Of a stretch of DNA of 64,000 bases, positions 1 through 9,089 are shown in pieces. The stretch's first letter is position 1. The number at the start of each line of letters is the position of its first letter. The position numbers and the translations under genes were made by a program. The notes beneath the pieces are model-generated. The model was not told the DNA's origin. It saw only the letters and a program-made list of their open reading frames with translations, and did not search any database. Source of the DNA: a bacterium (GTDB lineage Bacteria > Electryoneota > Electryoneia > Electryoneales > Electryoneaceae); the NCBI GenBank assembly GCA_043801585.1, contig JAZDLX010000007.1, forward strand, positions 64,001 through 128,000. The letters are read 5' to 3'.

Positions 1-524
1 AGCGGGCCACCGCGATCGGCGCCGGAGGACTGGAACGTGCGTTGATCCGGCGATGGCTGCGCCCAATCGAACGGGACATTGCGCGAGTGTTGGGACTGGA
101 CCTCGTTCGCTTTGATCCATCCATCGCGAGCTACCTGATCCGGGACAATACCATCGGACTTGACTCCCTTGGCGTAGGTGCTACAAGCCAGATTAAATCG
201 AGCAGTGTGAAAGTTGGTAAGTACTTATTACCCAACCTCTTCCTAAGCTATACGGGACAACTCGGGAGCGATCCATTATTGCGCTACACGACGACTGGAC
301 CAACCCCCACGAGCAGAATTGCATTCCTTCAAAGTTGGGACGTGGAATATCGCGTGCGGTCGATTTCTCCGAACCTCGTATTACAGGGAGGATGGGAATA
401 TGACAACCTTGCGCCGAACGAAGCTGGCAAACGGAACAACCGGTCGATCCGACTGAAATACACCCTTGTCTATGATTTGACCAAGGTGAGCATGGCAAAA
501 GTGTGGCGGAAGCTGTGGAACTGA
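1..524 (+). CDS. C-terminal part of a TamB/DUF490-like translocation and assembly module protein (5' truncated by window edge)
   Basis: The frame continues to the window edge. The C-terminal beta-strands VKVGKYLLPNLFLSY...WDVEYR...LKY resemble TamB C-termini, and the gene lies directly upstream of bamA. Confidence 0.6.
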   Translation, partial: RATAIGAGGLERALIRRWLRPIERDIARVLGLDLVRFDPSIASYLIRDNTIGLDSLGVGATSQIKSSSVKVGKYLLPNLFLSYTGQLGSDPLLRYTTTGPTPTSRIAFLQSWDVEYRVRSISPNLVLQGGWEYDNLAPNEAGKRNNRSIRLKYTLVYDLTKVSMAKVWRKLWN

Positions 525-575
525 GGCGGGGGTGCGCACGTACACCCCTCGTGGGGCTTGTGCTCAAGGGATTGC

Positions 576-604
576 TTGTCTGTGGGCGGGCGACTCCGTA
601 CCTT
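576..604 (+). promoter_or_regulatory. Possible sigma70 promoter for the bamA-lpx operon
   Basis: TTGTCT-17 nt-TACCTT, about 30 nt upstream of the ATG at 637. Confidence 0.35.
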
Positions 605-636
605 TCAACCTTCGTTCAAACGAAACGACTCAAACG

Positions 637-2961
637 ATGCGAAACGGGATTCTGAAGACACTTATTTTCACCGGGTTGGCGCTATTCTATTTGGGTTTAT
701 CGCAGGCCTCTGCACAGCCCAGCCGCCCGCAGGGAGTCAAGGTACTCGGCGTCCGTGTCGAAGGCGCCAAGACCGCGGATGAAGGTCTCATCATCGCCAA
801 CAGCGGACTTGTCGTTGGCAAGGAAGTGGTCGGCGACGATATCCAGACCGCGATCAAACGGATCTGGTCGTTGAAACTCTTCCGAAACGTTGACATTGTC
901 ATCGAAAAAGATCTGCCGGAGGGCAGCTATTTCGTCATTAACGTGGAAGAGTATCCTCGCATCGCCAGCCTTGAGATTACTGGAAACCGCAAACTCAACG
1001 ACGACGACATCAACGAACAAATCACTCTGTACCGGGGGCAGGTGCTTCGTCCGGCGCGTCTGCAAAAAGCGCGGAGAGACCTGCTCAGAAAATACCATGA
1101 GAAAGGTTATCTGCTCGCTGAAGTAACCACCGAAGTGCAGGACACGGACGACCCGATGCAGAAGAATGTTCGGGTTGTGATCGAGGAGGGCAAAAAGGTA
1201 CGGATCAGGGATATCTACTTCGCCGGGAATCAGGCATTTAAAAACAGGATCCTGCGTAAGCAGATGAAGGATACCCATCAGCGCGGGTTCCTGCGAAGTG
1301 GATCCTTCGACCGTACAAAGTTCGACGAAGACTTGAAGTTGGTTGTGCAATTCTATAAAAATCGTGGTTATCGAGATGCTCAAATCGTTGGCGATTCGCT
1401 TTCCTATACGGACGATCTGAAAAGGATGATCATCACGATCCAGATGTATGAAGGATCACAATACGTGTTCGGTTCGATCGATTTCGAAGGGAACACGCTG
1501 TTCAGCAAGAACGAACTGCTTGCCCAACTTTCCTTCAAGCCCGGCGACGTTTATAACGAAGAAGAGCTGATGGTAAACACTGCGGAACGTCTCGGTAACC
1601 TTTACTACGAGAAAGGCTACATTTATTCTCGAGTCGAACCGCAAATGATTCCGACTGTCGGCGATACCTTGAATATTCTTTACCAGGTGAACGAAGGAAA
1701 TCAGTTTAATGTCCGGAAAATCAATATATTGGGTAATACAAAAACGAAAGAAAAAGTAATCCGTCGCGAGTTCGTTCTGTTCCCGGGAGAAACCTTCGAC
1801 GTGCTGAAACTGCGGCGGTCCATCCGTGAACTGACCATTCTCAATTATTTCTCGAACATTACGCCTGACGTTCAGCCTGTGAGTGATAACGAAGTCGATC
1901 TTTTCGTGGATGTCGAGGAGAAACCGACCGACAACGCCAGCGTTTCAATCGGTGGCAGCCAGCTCGATGGTGTCATTGGTGCAATCGGATTTGCCATGCC
2001 GAATTTCTTTGGAAATGGGCAGCGCTTTTCACTCAACTGGAACTTCGGACAAATCTATCGCAGTTTCTCGGTGAGTTTCACCGAACCATGGATGTTTAAT
2101 ACTCCAACCCTCGGCGGCATAAGCTTTTATAATTTGCGTCGTGGTGGGTCCTATTACGGCTTCGATGAAAACGTGACTGGCGGATCCCTGCGGATCAGCC
2201 GCCGTTTCAAGTGGCCGGATGACTACACCCGTGGCGACTGGATCTACAAGCTGGAACGCGCCCAGTACAGCAATTTTAGTTCAGGATACAGCAACGTTTA
2301 CGGGTACAAAGAGGATGTGCCGAGGATCGGCAGTTCTATCACGCAGATCTTCAGCCGTGACAGCCGCGACAACCCTGAATTCCCAACTCGGGGAAGTGTC
2401 GTCAGTTATTCGATTCAGTTGGCGGGTTCCATTTTCGGCGGAGATGACCAGTTCAACAAGCATTTCCTGAGTGCTGAGTGGTATTTTCCGTTGACGAGTA
2501 AACTCGTTCTCTATAACCAGACCAAAACGGGTCTGATTTTCAACCTTAGCGATAACCGCAGCGACGTGCCTTACATTGACTATTTCTTCATGGGCGGAAG
2601 CGGCATCAGCTTTGGCGAATCGCTGCGCGGATACGAAGACGGCAGGGTTGGGCCGCAGACCGGGGGATACCCGATGGGCGGCAACAGCCTGTTCAAGGAG
2701 AGTCTCGAGCTTCGCTTCCCGTTGATCCCGAATCCCACGGTGTTCATTCTGGGATTCATGGAAGCGGGCAATACGTGGGCGACGCGCGGCGAAATGGATC
2801 TGAACGATCTGCGCCACAGTGCGGGACTGGGAGTCCGGCTCTACATGCCGCTTGTCGGATTGATTGGGCTCGATTATGGATATGGTTTTGATTATTACTC
2901 GAGCAATGGCACCCGTTCCGGGAGATGGGTGCCGCATTTCCAGTTTGGTCGAACATTCTAA
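637..2961 (+). CDS. bamA: Outer membrane protein assembly factor BamA
   Basis: Signal peptide, five POTRA-like repeats (GN..., Y...GY), LRGY motif and C-terminal Phe. Start placed at MRNGILK (637). Confidence 0.97.
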   Translation: MRNGILKTLIFTGLALFYLGLSQASAQPSRPQGVKVLGVRVEGAKTADEGLIIANSGLVVGKEVVGDDIQTAIKRIWSLKLFRNVDIVIEKDLPEGSYFVINVEEYPRIASLEITGNRKLNDDDINEQITLYRGQVLRPARLQKARRDLLRKYHEKGYLLAEVTTEVQDTDDPMQKNVRVVIEEGKKVRIRDIYFAGNQAFKNRILRKQMKDTHQRGFLRSGSFDRTKFDEDLKLVVQFYKNRGYRDAQIVGDSLSYTDDLKRMIITIQMYEGSQYVFGSIDFEGNTLFSKNELLAQLSFKPGDVYNEEELMVNTAERLGNLYYEKGYIYSRVEPQMIPTVGDTLNILYQVNEGNQFNVRKINILGNTKTKEKVIRREFVLFPGETFDVLKLRRSIRELTILNYFSNITPDVQPVSDNEVDLFVDVEEKPTDNASVSIGGSQLDGVIGAIGFAMPNFFGNGQRFSLNWNFGQIYRSFSVSFTEPWMFNTPTLGGISFYNLRRGGSYYGFDENVTGGSLRISRRFKWPDDYTRGDWIYKLERAQYSNFSSGYSNVYGYKEDVPRIGSSITQIFSRDSRDNPEFPTRGSVVSYSIQLAGSIFGGDDQFNKHFLSAEWYFPLTSKLVLYNQTKTGLIFNLSDNRSDVPYIDYFFMGGSGISFGESLRGYEDGRVGPQTGGYPMGGNSLFKESLELRFPLIPNPTVFILGFMEAGNTWATRGEMDLNDLRHSAGLGVRLYMPLVGLIGLDYGYGFDYYSSNGTRSGRWVPHFQFGRTF

Positions 2962-2986
2962 ACGATACCATAAGGGAGTAAGAGGG

Positions 2987-3511
2987 ATGAAACGCATCAC
3001 CACCCTGGCGATGGCGGCCCTAATGTTGACGGCTGTCTTTGCGCCTCCGGTCCTGGCGAAAGATTTCAAGGTGGGTATCATCATTTCCGAGCGGCTGCTC
3101 AACGAGTACCCCGAAGCGCAGGACGCTCAGAAAACACTCAATGAAGAGATCAACGAGTGGCAGCGTCAGGCTCAATCCATGCAGGACGAATTGCAGTCCT
3201 TGCAGAAGGAATTGAGCGAAGAGGCGATGATGTTCTACACCGCGGAGAAGAAAGCTCAGAAGCAGGCGGAGTTTCAGCGGAAACTTGGAGCATTCCGCGA
3301 TTTCCAGCAGAGCATCGAGCAAAAAGCGATGCAGCGGAATCAGGAGCTTTTCGCCCCGATCAACGAGAAGATTCAGAAGGTGCTGGACAGCATTGCCGAG
3401 AAGGATGGGTATGACATCATCCTCGATGCAGTCGGTGCGTCCATCGCCTATGCGAATCCGGAACTGGACATTACCGATCGTGTCCTTGAGGAACTGAAGA
3501 ACCAGAAGTAA
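2987..3511 (+). CDS. skp: OmpH/Skp periplasmic chaperone
   Basis: Signal peptide, KVGII start, coiled coil, GYDIILD...YANPELDITDRVL tail. Lies between bamA and lpxD. Confidence 0.93.
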   Translation: MKRITTLAMAALMLTAVFAPPVLAKDFKVGIIISERLLNEYPEAQDAQKTLNEEINEWQRQAQSMQDELQSLQKELSEEAMMFYTAEKKAQKQAEFQRKLGAFRDFQQSIEQKAMQRNQELFAPINEKIQKVLDSIAEKDGYDIILDAVGASIAYANPELDITDRVLEELKNQK

Positions 3512-3516
3512 AGCCC

Positions 3517-4539
3517 ATGACCTTGACCGCTCGTGAGCTCGCCGATCAAATCGGCGCCGAGGTTGTGGGTGATCCCAATGTCATTATCGAAGGGGTCGCG
3601 AAGATTGAGGAGGCTTCTCCTCAAGAGGTCACCTTCATCTCGAACCCAGCCTACCGGAGATACCTGCAAACCACCAGGGCTTCTGCGATTATTATCGACA
3701 GCGTCCCGGAGGGAGGGGCAGCTACCTACCTGGTAACCCCTCAACCTTACTTGGCGTTTCTAAAGGTTCTGCGCCTGTTTCACCCTGAATCACCACCTCC
3801 AGCCGCAGGGGTGCATCCTTCCGCGGTGATCGGCGAGAACGTCACCATCGGGTCTGGCGCCTCCATCGGCCCGCTCTGTGTGCTCGAGGATGGGGTGACC
3901 GTTGGCAAGAACAGTATTCTCCGGGGACTTGTGTTCATTGGCAGGAATGTCGAGATCGGCGATAACTGCCTTTTCCACAGCCGTGTCAGTATCCGTGAGG
4001 GGTGCCGAATCGGAAACCGTGTGATCCTGCAGGACGGATGTGTGATCGGATCGGACGGATTCGGCTTTGCCCAGGCGGAAGGTGGGTATGAGAAGATTCC
4101 TCAGGTGGGCATTGTCATCCTCGAAGATGATGTCGAAATCGGGGCCAATACCACAATTGACCGCGCCACCCTCGGCCATACGATTCTCCGCCGTGGGGTC
4201 AAGCTGGATAATCTCGTTCAGATCGCCCACAACGTTGAGGTTGGTCAGAGCACGGTCATGGCGGCGCAGACAGGTATTGCAGGCAGTACGACCATCGGAG
4301 CGAAATCGGTGATCGGGGGACAGGTGGGCGTTGCGGGTCATCTGCACCTTTCGGACGGAATCATGGTTGCGGCCCAATCCGGGATTACGAAAAATCCGGG
4401 AGCTGGGAAGATTGTCGCCGGGTCTCCTGCACGGGACATCCAGGTGTGGCGGCGCATTGAAGCGTCCCTGTCGAGGCTTCCGGAGTTGATCAAGCGAATC
4501 CGTAATCTGGAAGAGGGGGGAGCGGAGGACAGGGAATAG
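3517..4539 (+). CDS. lpxD: UDP-3-O-acylglucosamine N-acyltransferase
   Basis: Hexapeptide repeats, GSDGFGF, TTIDRA, KLDNLVQIAHNV. Confidence 0.98.
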   Translation: MTLTARELADQIGAEVVGDPNVIIEGVAKIEEASPQEVTFISNPAYRRYLQTTRASAIIIDSVPEGGAATYLVTPQPYLAFLKVLRLFHPESPPPAAGVHPSAVIGENVTIGSGASIGPLCVLEDGVTVGKNSILRGLVFIGRNVEIGDNCLFHSRVSIREGCRIGNRVILQDGCVIGSDGFGFAQAEGGYEKIPQVGIVILEDDVEIGANTTIDRATLGHTILRRGVKLDNLVQIAHNVEVGQSTVMAAQTGIAGSTTIGAKSVIGGQVGVAGHLHLSDGIMVAAQSGITKNPGAGKIVAGSPARDIQVWRRIEASLSRLPELIKRIRNLEEGGAEDRE

Positions 4540-4560
4540 GACGGAAGAGGGAGATGTGCT

Positions 4561-5955
4561 GTGCTGAAAAACCAGAGAACAATCGCCAGGGAAGTAAGCC
4601 TGGATGGTATCGGGCTGCATACGGGTGTCAAAACCAGGATGACCTTCAAACCCGCCCCACCGGGTACGGGTTACTATTTCGAACGCGTTGACCTCGAGGG
4701 AAATCCGAGGATCAAGGCGGACATCGATCATGTCATCGACATCTCACGTGGCACCACGATTGCCCAGGGCGAGGTGAAAGTTCACACCGTCGAGCATGTG
4801 CTTTCCGCGCTCTCCGGACTGTCTATCGATAACTGCATCGTTACCCTCGACAATATCGAACCACCCGTCATCGACGGGAGTGCAAAGCCGTTCGTCGATG
4901 CGCTTCTTTCGGCAGGACTCGCGGAACAGGAAGCGCCCAAGGAGTACCTGGAGATCAGCAAGACGTTGATTTACCACAACGAGGAAAAGGGCATCGACCT
5001 CGTCATCGTCCCCTCCGACGAATTCCGCATCACCTACATGACCGACTACCGCAACCCGGCACTGGGGACGCAATACACCTCGATGTACAGCCTTGAAGAG
5101 GAGTATGTCACCGAGTTCGCATCCGCGCGAACCTTCGCCTTTCTCTCAGAAGTCGAAGCGTTGAAATCACAAGGGTTGATCAAGGGCGCCAGCCTTGATA
5201 CAGGTCTGCTGATTGTGGACAAGGAAATCAACAAAGATGAACTCGAAGATCTCAAGAAACTCTTTGGAGTCGACGTTGATATCAAGGTAGGAACCACAGG
5301 CATCTTCAACGATCACCCGCTTCGTTTTTACAACGAGCCGGTTCGGCATAAGGTGCTCGACTTGATCGGTGATTTCGCCCTGCTTGGCATTCCGATCAAG
5401 GGCCATGTGATGGTCGCCCGCGCCGGGCACGCCGCGCACGTCGAGATGGTGCGCAAGATGCGCAAGATCTATCTTGAACGGCAGCTCAAGAAGAAATACC
5501 AGCGGACCACGACAGATAGCTACGTCTTCGACATCAACGCCATCCAACAGCTGCTACCGCACCGGTATCCCTTCCTTCTCGTTGACCGAATTCTCGAACT
5601 GGAACCGGGGGTACGGGTCACCGGGATCAAGAACGTGACCGCCAATGAGCCTTTTTTCCAGGGACATTTTCCCGGCCATCCGATCATGCCCGGTGTGCTG
5701 GTGATCGAGGCGATGGGGCAGGTTGGGGGTGTTTTGCTCCTGAATGAATCCTCGGAACCCGAGAAAAACGTCGTTTACTTCACCGGTCTCGACAATGTCA
5801 AATTCCGCCGTCCCGTGATACCTGGCGACACACTCTATTTTCGCGTTGAGATGATCTACAACCGCCGCGGGATTTGCAAAATGAAGGGCGAGGCTTTCGT
5901 CGGTGATGAACTTGCGGCACAGGCGGAGATGCAGGCGATCGTGAGGGGAAAGTAG
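4561..5955 (+). CDS. lpxC-fabZ: Bifunctional LpxC deacetylase / FabZ 3-hydroxyacyl-ACP dehydratase
   Basis: LpxC motifs GIGLHTG, TVEHVLSA, DGSA, RHKVLDLIGD, followed by FabZ motifs LPHRYPFLLVDR and FFQGHFPGHPIMPGVL. Confidence 0.98.
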   Translation: MLKNQRTIAREVSLDGIGLHTGVKTRMTFKPAPPGTGYYFERVDLEGNPRIKADIDHVIDISRGTTIAQGEVKVHTVEHVLSALSGLSIDNCIVTLDNIEPPVIDGSAKPFVDALLSAGLAEQEAPKEYLEISKTLIYHNEEKGIDLVIVPSDEFRITYMTDYRNPALGTQYTSMYSLEEEYVTEFASARTFAFLSEVEALKSQGLIKGASLDTGLLIVDKEINKDELEDLKKLFGVDVDIKVGTTGIFNDHPLRFYNEPVRHKVLDLIGDFALLGIPIKGHVMVARAGHAAHVEMVRKMRKIYLERQLKKKYQRTTTDSYVFDINAIQQLLPHRYPFLLVDRILELEPGVRVTGIKNVTANEPFFQGHFPGHPIMPGVLVIEAMGQVGGVLLLNESSEPEKNVVYFTGLDNVKFRRPVIPGDTLYFRVEMIYNRRGICKMKGEAFVGDELAAQAEMQAIVRGK

Positions 5956-5956
5956 C

Positions 5957-6775
5957 ATGTCGCACTTTGATCCTCTTGCTTCGGTGCACGCAGGCGCGAA
6001 ACTGGGCAAGGATGTGACCGTCGGACCCTTCGCCGTCATCGAAGAGGGCGCCGAAATTGGTGACGGCTGCGTGATCGGGCCGCACGTCTTGGTTACGAGA
6101 TGGGCGAGATTGGGGAAGGAAGTGAAGCTCGCGAAAGGTGTCGTTGTCGGCACCGATCCCCAGGACCTGAAATTCGCCGGTGAGGAGACGACGGCTCATG
6201 TAGGAGACAGAACGGTCATCCGTGAATTCGTCACTGTCAACCGTGGAACCACGTACCATATGAAAACGGTTGTCGGCGCCGACTGCCTGTTGCTGGCGTA
6301 CAGCCATATCGCGCATGACTGTATCATCGGCGACCATGTCATCCTCGATAACGCTGTACAGCTTGCCGGACATGTTGAGATCGGCGATTGGGTGATTATT
6401 GGTGGTCTCAGCGGTGTGCAGCAGTTCGTCCACATCGGCGCTCACGCCTTTATCGGCGGGAAATGTGGTGTCAGAAAGGATGTTCCGCCCTTCATCAAAG
6501 CGGCGGGTGAACCATTGGTTTTCGCCGGGACAAACAACATCGGCCTGGCGCGGCGGGGATTTGACAAGGAGCGGATTACCGCCATCCAGCAGGCGTACAG
6601 AACTCTCTACCGCAGTGGTCTGCTGTTCAAGGATGCCGTCGAGAAGTTGAAGAGTGATGCCTCCACTCCCGATGTGGAGGAGATCATCCGGTTCATCGAA
6701 AATCGAAGCAAACATGGTGTGATTGGCGGTCAGAGAAACCGCAGGAGTTTTGAGCAGAATCCTGACGAGGAGTAG
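5957..6775 (+). CDS. lpxA: Acyl-ACP:UDP-N-acetylglucosamine O-acyltransferase
   Basis: PQDLKF, IREFVTVNRGT, HIAHDC, LAGHV, KDVPPF. Confidence 0.98.
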   Translation: MSHFDPLASVHAGAKLGKDVTVGPFAVIEEGAEIGDGCVIGPHVLVTRWARLGKEVKLAKGVVVGTDPQDLKFAGEETTAHVGDRTVIREFVTVNRGTTYHMKTVVGADCLLLAYSHIAHDCIIGDHVILDNAVQLAGHVEIGDWVIIGGLSGVQQFVHIGAHAFIGGKCGVRKDVPPFIKAAGEPLVFAGTNNIGLARRGFDKERITAIQQAYRTLYRSGLLFKDAVEKLKSDASTPDVEEIIRFIENRSKHGVIGGQRNRRSFEQNPDEE

Positions 6776-6869
6776 GGAATGAAGGGATCACAGCACTTCA
6801 TTCCGATTGTTCAGAAAAGGAAACAAGACCGCGCAGGTCGGAATGGAGCACATTTTCCCCTTCATTCCG
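6776..6869. repeat. Pair of related inverted-repeat hairpins (REP/terminator-like) after lpxA
   Basis: GGAATGAAG-N11-CTTCATTCC (6776-6804) and CGGAATGGAG-N11-CTTCATTCCG (6839-6869). Confidence 0.6.
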
Positions 6870-6979
6870 GCAATTGATCAAGATCACAGATTTTGGTGTT
6901 TCGATCTTTGATATTGAAGAAAAAGGGGCTGTAGCCAGGCCGTTCCTTTCACCTGTAGCAAGATGCCATGGAGGCGAAC

Positions 6980-7690
6980 ATGAGAGTTGGCAAACTCTTT
7001 TTTGCCGTTGTTGCATTTCTCCTCATCGCACCGACAGCATGGGCACTACCCGGAATTCAACTCGGAGTGCATGGAAACTACCAGAACACGGTGATCTCGG
7101 AGCAGGTCCAGGAATTCAGTTTCCCGAATGATCCGGGCACATGGTCCAAGACAACTTTGACCCGGACGGAAATCGGCAATCCAATCGGCGCCGGTGTGGA
7201 TCTTACCTTCACCTTCATTCCGGTCATCGATCTGCAGATCGCTGCGGACATGATGATCCAGACCTATGATTTCGTTTATACGCCCCCGCCTCCGGAGATC
7301 TCAGGCCAGTCCCCAATCAGCCAGTCGAGCATCCCCTACGGCCGTCTTGGGGTGGATGTTTCTATCATCAAGAATCTTGTCAGTTTGCCTCCGGCGGTCC
7401 ATGTGCTCAATCTGTACGTGGGCATCGGTCCGAGCGTCGCTTTTATCGCGCCAATCGCCAGCCAGCAACTGATCCTCGACAACATCGCCACTGCCAGCGA
7501 AGAGCCGGATATCGAAGGCTATGCGAAAGAGCAGGGGATGAAGATCGGTTTCCACGCTGTTGTTGGTATGACGCTGAAAGTGCCGATCATCCCCGGCATT
7601 CGAGTCCAGGCGAAATACATGAGTTTCGGAGATGTCACCGAACCGGATAAGAGCAGTTTCATCGTCCTCCAGGCTGGACTGTTCATCTGA
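6980..7690 (+). CDS. Hypothetical outer-membrane beta-barrel protein (OmpW/OmpA-like 8-strand type)
   Basis: GGAGG RBS before MRVGKLFF, a signal peptide, amphipathic strands (LYVGIGPS, GFHAVVG, IRVQAKY) and the C-terminus LQAGLFI. Confidence 0.65.
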   Translation: MRVGKLFFAVVAFLLIAPTAWALPGIQLGVHGNYQNTVISEQVQEFSFPNDPGTWSKTTLTRTEIGNPIGAGVDLTFTFIPVIDLQIAADMMIQTYDFVYTPPPPEISGQSPISQSSIPYGRLGVDVSIIKNLVSLPPAVHVLNLYVGIGPSVAFIAPIASQQLILDNIATASEEPDIEGYAKEQGMKIGFHAVVGMTLKVPIIPGIRVQAKYMSFGDVTEPDKSSFIVLQAGLFI

Positions 7691-8018
7691 TTGTAAAGAG
7701 TTGATATTCAAATCAATACGGTTGGATCTTAATACCAGTTTATTGATTTGGAGCGAAATCGGGTCGTTTGGCGGTCGTTGAGATCTGCCTTGCCTGGTTC
7801 TTCTCCTGAATACGATTTCTGGTTCGGAACTTCTTGGATTCAAAAGGAGTACATAGTCTGTCGGCATTCGATCGGAGCCGGCCTGTAGGTTTCAGGTCGG
7901 CTCGTTATCTCCTGTGCGGGGAGAAAACAGATTCCCGGGTCGTCATCGATTGATGTAGATTGACGATAGGGCTGTTTATTCAATCATTTGAGCCGAAAAA
8001 CAACTGCTACGGGTCGTT

Positions 8019-9089
8019 ATGCTACTGACCGGTTTATCCTTTATCGTCGTCCTTGGTGTCGTGGTCTTCGTCCATGAATTCGGGCATTTTATCGCGGCTC
8101 GCCTGATGGGTGCGCGTGTTGAAGCGTTTTCCATCGGATTTGGCAAACTGTTTGGCGTGCGCCGGGGCGAAACGGAATACCGGATCGGGTACATCCCTCT
8201 CGGCGGGTATGTCAAGATCTCGGGGATGGTGGATGAATTCATGGAGGGGGATGCCGGTGTGAAAGGCGAACCCTGGGAATTCCAATCCAAAAGCACACTG
8301 GCGAAGGTGTTCATGATTACGGCCGGGGTGCTGATGAATTTCATCGCCGGTTTTCTGCTTTACAGTCTTGTCATCTTCTCGGAGGGTGAACCGCGGATTC
8401 TGCCGACTCCCACGGTGGGTAACGTCGCCAAGGGGTATCCCGCCGAAGAGATTGGCCTGCAACCCGGTGACCGGATCCTCAGTGTGGACGGCATCGCAAC
8501 CGGGGAATGGGAGCCCTTTCGCGACTACGTACAGGCACGTCCGGAGCAGACGATCCAGTTGGTCTGGCTTCACGGTGGAGACACCCTTTCCACTGCCGTT
8601 GTGCCGAAAGGTGTCGAGGTCGACCGTGACGGTGAGAAAACCACCATCGGCCTGATCGGAATCGATCAGGCGTACGAGCACGTGCCGGTTGGGATTGGCC
8701 GGTCACTGGTCGTTGGCGGCGAAACCACCTGGGATATCATCTCGCTCAGCCTGAAATCCGTGGGCATGCTGATCACTGGAAAGGCATCCGTAAAGGATCT
8801 GACCGGGCCGGCGGGGATTATCTACCTCTCGGGTGAGACCGTTCGTGCGGGATGGGTCACCTTTATCGCTTTCATCGCGCTGATCAACATCAGCATCGGA
8901 CTGCTGAACATCCTTCCGTTTCCCGTTCTCGACGGTGGACATCTGGTCTACATCCTGATTGAGGCGATCATCCGCCGTCCGATTTCGACAAAAGTCAAAC
9001 TGGCTTTGCAGCAGGTGGGTCTCGCGTTGCTGCTGGTCCTTGTGGTGGTCGTTACCTATCATGACATACTTCGCTTCTTTGTCTCGTAA
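8019..9089 (+). CDS. rseP: RIP metalloprotease RseP
   Basis: HEFGH, PLGGYVK, a PDZ domain, NILPFPVLDGGH. Confidence 0.97.
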   Translation: MLLTGLSFIVVLGVVVFVHEFGHFIAARLMGARVEAFSIGFGKLFGVRRGETEYRIGYIPLGGYVKISGMVDEFMEGDAGVKGEPWEFQSKSTLAKVFMITAGVLMNFIAGFLLYSLVIFSEGEPRILPTPTVGNVAKGYPAEEIGLQPGDRILSVDGIATGEWEPFRDYVQARPEQTIQLVWLHGGDTLSTAVVPKGVEVDRDGEKTTIGLIGIDQAYEHVPVGIGRSLVVGGETTWDIISLSLKSVGMLITGKASVKDLTGPAGIIYLSGETVRAGWVTFIAFIALINISIGLLNILPFPVLDGGHLVYILIEAIIRRPISTKVKLALQQVGLALLLVLVVVVTYHDILRFFVS

